DNA of 64,000 nucleotides from Ascidiella aspersa (Eukaryota). The stretch spans positions 26,536,001-26,600,000 of the forward strand of contig OZ004611.1 in assembly GCA_963924565.1 (NCBI GenBank), read 5' to 3'. Position numbers and translations under genes: made by a program. The first letter of the stretch is position 1. Each line of letters opens with the position of its first letter. The notes under the pieces were generated by a model. The model was not told the origin of the DNA. It was given only the letters and a program-made list of their open reading frames with translations, and did no database searches. This document shows, piece after piece, positions 61,401 to 64,000 of the stretch.

Positions 61401-63859
61401 ACGATCAGCACGACGTCAAAAACTTGACCACACCAAAGCACACGGTAAGTTTACAAACAAAATAGCTCATTGGGTTCGCAAATTAACAATAACGGTACCA
61501 CAGAAATTTGAACCAAAACAACAATTGTCTAGTAACAATGACCTTTGTTGCAGAAAGCGAAGCGCACCCTACTGGAAAGTTCCTCGCAGGATGAACCCTT
61601 GGATTTATCGTCCAAGACAAAGCCGAGCAACGATCGTTCGCAACGCCAATCGACAGAATCGAACCCGGATTACCACTCATTAGGTACGATGATATCACAA
61701 CTTGGCAACTATAACGCATAACTGATGCTTGAGATTTAAATATTCTACCCAAAAAACTCGCTTTATTTGATTGCGGAAATGCAAGGCACGGCATCACGTT
61801 GGAAAGCAAATTATAACGGGGAAAGTGTTGGGAAGGCGGGTGTACGGCTGGACAGAATGCTGTTGTATGTAAATCGGTGGGACAACTGCAATTACATTGC
61901 CTTCTGTTCTGCTGTTAGTTGAGAAAGTCCCAATTCGTGTCGTTTGCGGAAAAACATGATGTTGAACTTTGCAGGGTAAATTTTGCGTGGAAAACAAAGT
62001 GTTGAAAGGATTACAATACGTGGTAGATTAGGCCTTGAAGTATTGCAATTTAACTAAAAGGTGCACTTTTTCAGCAGGCCAAGTCAATTCTGCCACCCCG
62101 ATGATGAATCCCGCTGCAATCAACAACTTTCAGCAGGTAATATTAACACAGAACAAGCAAATCTGCTGTATAGCTACAAATTAAACATCCACGCCTTTAC
62201 AAACATACCTCTTTTATAATCAAATCAAAATTTTTTTGATTGCAAACTTACTAAAGGAATCGTTTATTGTTTTAAGTTTACTTAATTGGTAATCTTTCTT
62301 TCCAGATTCTTCGCAACAGCAATCTACCCCCTTCAGTAATAACAAGTATGCTGGCCAACCCGCTGGCTGGGCTTGCAAACCTGCAAAACACCTCCCCCAA
62401 CAACAACTTTAATGGGTAAGTCACACCAGAGTGTTTTCTGCTTGCAAACTAATTTTTTTAACGTACAATACGCATTACGCACCGTTTGAACTTTTTTAAT
62501 TATTGTGTCAAGTAGATACAAGTAAGATTTCTCTAGCAAAACGTTTAGTAGTTCATATTGATAATGTTGTATATTGATCGTTTAATTAATTTGTTTTGAC
62601 CTTATTATAAAATTTTAGCATAATTGCAAGTTCTAACATATCTTGCATATTTTACATTTTAGACACAACGAACTGCCCTACTCGCCTCACTTACAGGTAA
62701 GCCAAAACGCTATTATCTATACTTACTTTTATCAAAACACTCTAAACGGAAAAACATAAAAACATGCAAATACGCATTTTAAAGTCATGAGTCCTAAAAC
62801 ACTGTGTTAAAATTAATATGCACGTAAAGGTTCCAAAAGTCTAATTTTGAAAGTATTTTTTTAATAGTATCGCCTGTAAGCGGTAACAAACATCTATAAA
62901 ACACTTTCCTATTCTTAAAATGAAAATACAATAAAATACATTTAACTTCTCAGAACTTAATCGCAAGCGGAATGTTCCAACGCGACAACGGTATCAACAT
63001 GGGACTTTCCCCCTTCTCAGCCGCCCCTAACCTGCCACCAAGTGGCGGAAAAGCGGCGAATCGGGGAAGCAGGAGCAAGAAGAGGTCGCAAAACGACCTT
63101 GCTGGACTTTCGCCAGCAGGTAAGCATCTAACTATATGAACCAGATCTATTGATGCAGTTCCAAACTGCCTTTTTAGCAGTTAACATATTTTAAGTTCGT
63201 CAAAAAGCGCCTATGGCGCGTATAATAACAAACTAAGTCTAAAAATGTGATTTCTGGAAGTATCGACCACACAACGTCGTACAGTTTCCAGTAAATATTT
63301 ATAACGATAAATGTATTCCGAGAGTCATCAAAGAATTACCTGGCTTATATAGGGTTTTTACCAGGTTTACTAGTATCACTTTAAGCTTGGTATAAAAACG
63401 AACAACCAGGCCTACTGGTGTTGTCCCGGCGATGCAATGTAAAAAACGTTGTGATTACTACGAAAAGTTGCTAGTTCAATTTTGCAAAATTTTGGTTGCC
63501 CTGTAATGATAAGTGGTTGCCCATGATGTATTGCATAATTTATAGTATTTTGACATAATCTTAACATTCTTTCGTTTTTCTAAAATATTCATAATTACCC
63601 TTTGACTCAGGTCAAATGAACGCCACCAAGCACCTGCTTTACGACGCCATCACTAACCGCCGGGGGTCGCCCTTCTCAGACCGCGACATGTTCGCCAAGG
63701 CGCCGGCCAACTCGGCGCCAGGCGTCGGCGGCCTGGGCCAAGACCAGCACGGCGGCGCTGCCGCTCCCCGATCGCCCGATATGCCCCACAAGTGCGACAT
63801 CTGCGACAAGTGCTTCCAAAAACAGAGCTCCCTGACGAGGCACAAATACGAACACACAG
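6958..63859 (+). CDS. ZEB: ZEB/zfh1-family zinc-finger E-box-binding transcriptional repressor; 21 coding exons in window, 3'-incomplete
   Basis: The spliced translation contains [58 protein letters not shown] and [23 protein letters not shown], all hallmark ZEB1/ZEB2 segments. All 20 internal introns are GT-AG and phase-compatible. Confidence 0.96.
8996..9339. mobile_element. hAT (Charlie-type) MITE
   Basis: TIRs cagtggttctca / tgagaaccgctg, subterminal gtggccca repeats, imperfect 8-bp TSD ggccagaa/ggctagag. Confidence 0.85.
9665..9791 (+). CDS. ZEB: ZEB exon 2, first N-terminal zinc finger (RLMTG...[21 protein letters not shown])
   Basis: ccag| acceptor, AG|gtgcgt donor; near-identical to vertebrate ZEB finger 1. 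Confidence 0.95.
10932..11040 (+). CDS. ZEB: ZEB exon 3, finger 2 ([36 protein letters not shown])
   Basis: cacag| acceptor phase 2, AAG|gtaaac donor phase 0; matches ZEB finger 2. Confidence 0.95.
13933..14220. mobile_element. Degenerate hAT-type MITE inserted in a tandem-repeat unit
   Basis: Left end cagtggttctcaacc, right end aaggctgagaaac; interrupts the unit starting at 13821. Confidence 0.6.
14251..14695. repeat. Tandem repeat, 152-bp unit, ~3 copies, plus a degenerate copy at 13821
   Basis: ttaacttgcaagacatgttgcatag recurs at 14251, 14403 and 14555. Confidence 0.92.
18022..18094 (+). CDS. ZEB: ZEB exon 4, zfh1-type finger ([24 protein letters not shown])
   Basis: tttttag| acceptor phase 0, G|gtgagt donor phase 1; complete C2H2 finger; needed to keep frame between exons 3 and 5. 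Confidence 0.93.
20036..20186 (+). CDS. ZEB: ZEB exon 5, fingers 4-5 ([49 protein letters not shown])
   Basis: TACTAAC branch point, ttttag| acceptor, AG|gtcagt donor; ZEB signature sequence. Confidence 0.97.
20492..20966. mobile_element. MITE with ~110-bp TIRs built from GAGTCG/GACTCG repeats (hAT-like CAGGG ends)
   Basis: cagggctgcggagtcggagtcgg ... ccgactccgactccgcagccctg; arms nearly perfectly complementary; no clear TSD. Confidence 0.9.
22843..23173. mobile_element. Degenerate MITE with CAAGT(C) subterminal repeats
   Basis: Many caagtc motifs at both ends; weakly complementary termini gtgtcgtgact / gtaattacaacac. Confidence 0.55.
24649..24747. mobile_element. Right half of a family B element
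   Basis: gatacaagttcgtat...cgtcttaatcaagatg...gatctact...gcaattacagatccgtgcatagtg. Confidence 0.75.
24794..24923 (+). CDS. ZEB: ZEB exon 6, end of CCHC finger ([12 protein letters not shown]...GFAE)
   Basis: cacag| acceptor phase 2, GAG|gtgact donor phase 0; SSHISSKKC is a ZEB hallmark. Confidence 0.93.
25571..25653 (+). CDS. ZEB: ZEB exon 7 ([27 protein letters not shown])
   Basis: ttttttcgcag| acceptor and |gtaagt donor; open frame bridging phase 0 to phase 2. Confidence 0.85.
26614..27080. repeat. Degenerate tandem duplication, ~3 units
   Basis: cgttttaaagcgaaactgctg at ~26625 and ~26902; aacttgaacaaac at ~26739 and ~26854. Confidence 0.7.
29675..29750. mobile_element. Left half of a family B element
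   Basis: aaaaaggtcaagtagatcgacattatc...acgtttcggtacgaacttgtatcctcttcag. Confidence 0.75.
32585..32938. mobile_element. hAT (Charlie-type) MITE
   Basis: TIRs caggggttcttaacc / ggttaagaaacactg; 8-bp TSD tgttagag/tgttcgag (7 of 8). Confidence 0.88.
37473..37825. repeat. Tandem repeat, ~140-bp unit, ~2.4 copies
   Basis: ggctccgct.ttatcaacatctaa at 37479, 37622 and 37761. Confidence 0.9.
38808..39343 (+). CDS. ZEB: ZEB exon 8 (ASNEQNEM...LQFMNRE), central low-complexity region
   Basis: ctaacag| acceptor phase 2, G|gtgagt donor phase 1; inside the 200-aa ORF 38791..39393 with coding-like GC content. Confidence 0.9.
39530..40085. repeat. Foldback / long inverted repeat (~260-bp arms, short loop)
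   Basis: gaattaaaacacatgggaagtaaggttggca pairs with tgccaaccttactttccatatgttttaattc; tgttgcagttacattttaatataataaca pairs with tgttattatactaaaatgtaacagcaaca. Confidence 0.88.
40609..40672 (+). CDS. ZEB: ZEB exon 9 ([20 protein letters not shown])
   Basis: tgtttag| acceptor and GG|gtaggg donor; the only open segment I found that bridges phase 1 to phase 2. Confidence 0.72.
41317..41389 (+). CDS. ZEB: ZEB exon 10 ([24 protein letters not shown])
   Basis: tgcag| acceptor (in-frame alternative cccag| giving a start at 41329), |gtaagt donor; only one frame open. Confidence 0.78.
41811..41854 (+). CDS. ZEB: ZEB exon 11, 44-nt exon ([14 protein letters not shown])
   Basis: ttttcag| acceptor and GG|gtgagt donor; phase 0 to phase 2, fits exon 12. 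Confidence 0.82.
44972..45048. mobile_element. Half copy of palindromic family A
   Basis: tagtaagaataccaaagccca...gaacgtttcgaatacatctttattcatttt aligns to 1167-1240. Confidence 0.75.
48781..48969. mobile_element. Palindromic element, family B, with hammerhead-like motif
   Basis: Inverted arms gtaggtcgacatcatcttga...gacgtttcgat / atcgaaacgtcttaatcaaaatgctgtcgatctac. Confidence 0.8.
48824..48865 (-). ncRNA. Minimal type I hammerhead-ribozyme-like motif (Penelope pseudo-LTR type); activity untested
   Basis: Minus strand reads ATTAA CTGAAGA T GGTAC aagttc GAATC GAAAC GTC TTAAT: core boxes intact, 5-bp stem I, stem II with one mismatch, GUC triplet. Confidence 0.55.
57408..57652 (+). CDS. ZEB: ZEB exon 12 (TFENSKRG...NSTEEL)
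   Basis: ttttcgcag| acceptor phase 2, C|gtgagt donor phase 1; open frame. Confidence 0.88.
59663..59885. mobile_element. Palindromic element, family B
   Basis: gcaaagctcaaaagttcgagtagatcgacatcat ... atgatgtcgatctactccaacttttgggctttgc; outer ctgtaat/attacag pair. Confidence 0.82.
59924..60093 (+). CDS. ZEB: ZEB exon 13 ([17 protein letters not shown]...DNQVQW)
   Basis: ctttcag| acceptor phase 1, TGG|gtgagt donor phase 0. Confidence 0.9.
60671..60970 (+). CDS. ZEB: ZEB exon 14 ([10 protein letters not shown]...PNFFQQ), Q/N/S-rich
   Basis: ctcgcag| acceptor, CAG|gtacag donor, 300 nt open. Confidence 0.9.
61325..61444 (+). CDS. ZEB: ZEB exon 15 ([15 protein letters not shown]...TPKHT)
   Basis: tttttag| acceptor, |gtaagt donor, 120 nt open. 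Confidence 0.88.
61554..61683 (+). CDS. ZEB: ZEB exon 16 with CtBP-binding PLDLS motif ([21 protein letters not shown]...)
   Basis: ttgcag| acceptor, G|gtacga donor; PLDLS is the canonical CtBP motif of ZEB proteins. Confidence 0.92.
62075..62136 (+). CDS. ZEB: ZEB exon 17 ([20 protein letters not shown]), tandem CAGCAG acceptor
   Basis: tttttcag|cag| acceptor phase 1, CAG|gtaata donor. Confidence 0.85.
62306..62415 (+). CDS. ZEB: ZEB exon 18 ([19 protein letters not shown]...NNNFN)
   Basis: tttccag| acceptor, GG|gtaagt donor phase 2. Confidence 0.88.
62663..62696 (+). CDS. ZEB: ZEB exon 19, 34-nt microexon ([11 protein letters not shown])
   Basis: ttttag| acceptor phase 2, CAG|gtaagc donor phase 0. 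Confidence 0.85.
62954..63119 (+). CDS. ZEB: ZEB exon 20 ([11 protein letters not shown]...[10 protein letters not shown]...), basic NLS-like patch
   Basis: ttctcag| acceptor, G|gtaagc donor phase 1. Confidence 0.88.
63611..63859 (+). CDS. ZEB: ZEB exon 21, first finger of the C-terminal cluster ([22 protein letters not shown])
   Basis: actcag| acceptor, G|gtggga donor; matches ZEB1/2 [23 protein letters not shown]. Confidence 0.95.
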
Positions 63860-64000
63860 GTGGGATATATAACGCAGTTTTCAAATAGGGTGACTTTTAA
63901 AATTTTTAAATACTAAAATTGGGTTGATGACGACACGATTTGTAAAGCATAAATAATGGTTATGGGATTATAAACACGAGGTTACCTAACATAAGAAAGA

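Overview
Eukaryotic (animal) genomic DNA, not prokaryotic. The window is almost entirely one large + strand gene of the ZEB/zfh1 (deltaEF1/SIP1) zinc-finger repressor family. I reconstructed 21 GT-AG coding exons by hand (6958..63859). Every junction is phase-compatible, giving 3433 nt (1144 codons + 1 nt), and the gene runs off the 3' end after the first finger of the C-terminal cluster. The N-terminal cluster has five fingers, including a zfh1-type finger absent from mammalian ZEB1/2. There is a PLDLS CtBP motif but no recognisable homeodomain. An invertebrate chordate, probably a tunicate, is inferred but not proven. The introns (up to 13 and 15.5 kb) alternate AT-rich DNA with GC/CpG-rich enhancer-like blocks and contain hAT-type MITEs, ~140-150 bp tandem repeats and a ~550 bp foldback. 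They also contain two families of short palindromic elements whose arms carry minimal hammerhead-ribozyme-like motifs of the kind known from Penelope-like elements, which is the most unusual signal here. Nearly all other ORFs in the supplied track look spurious.
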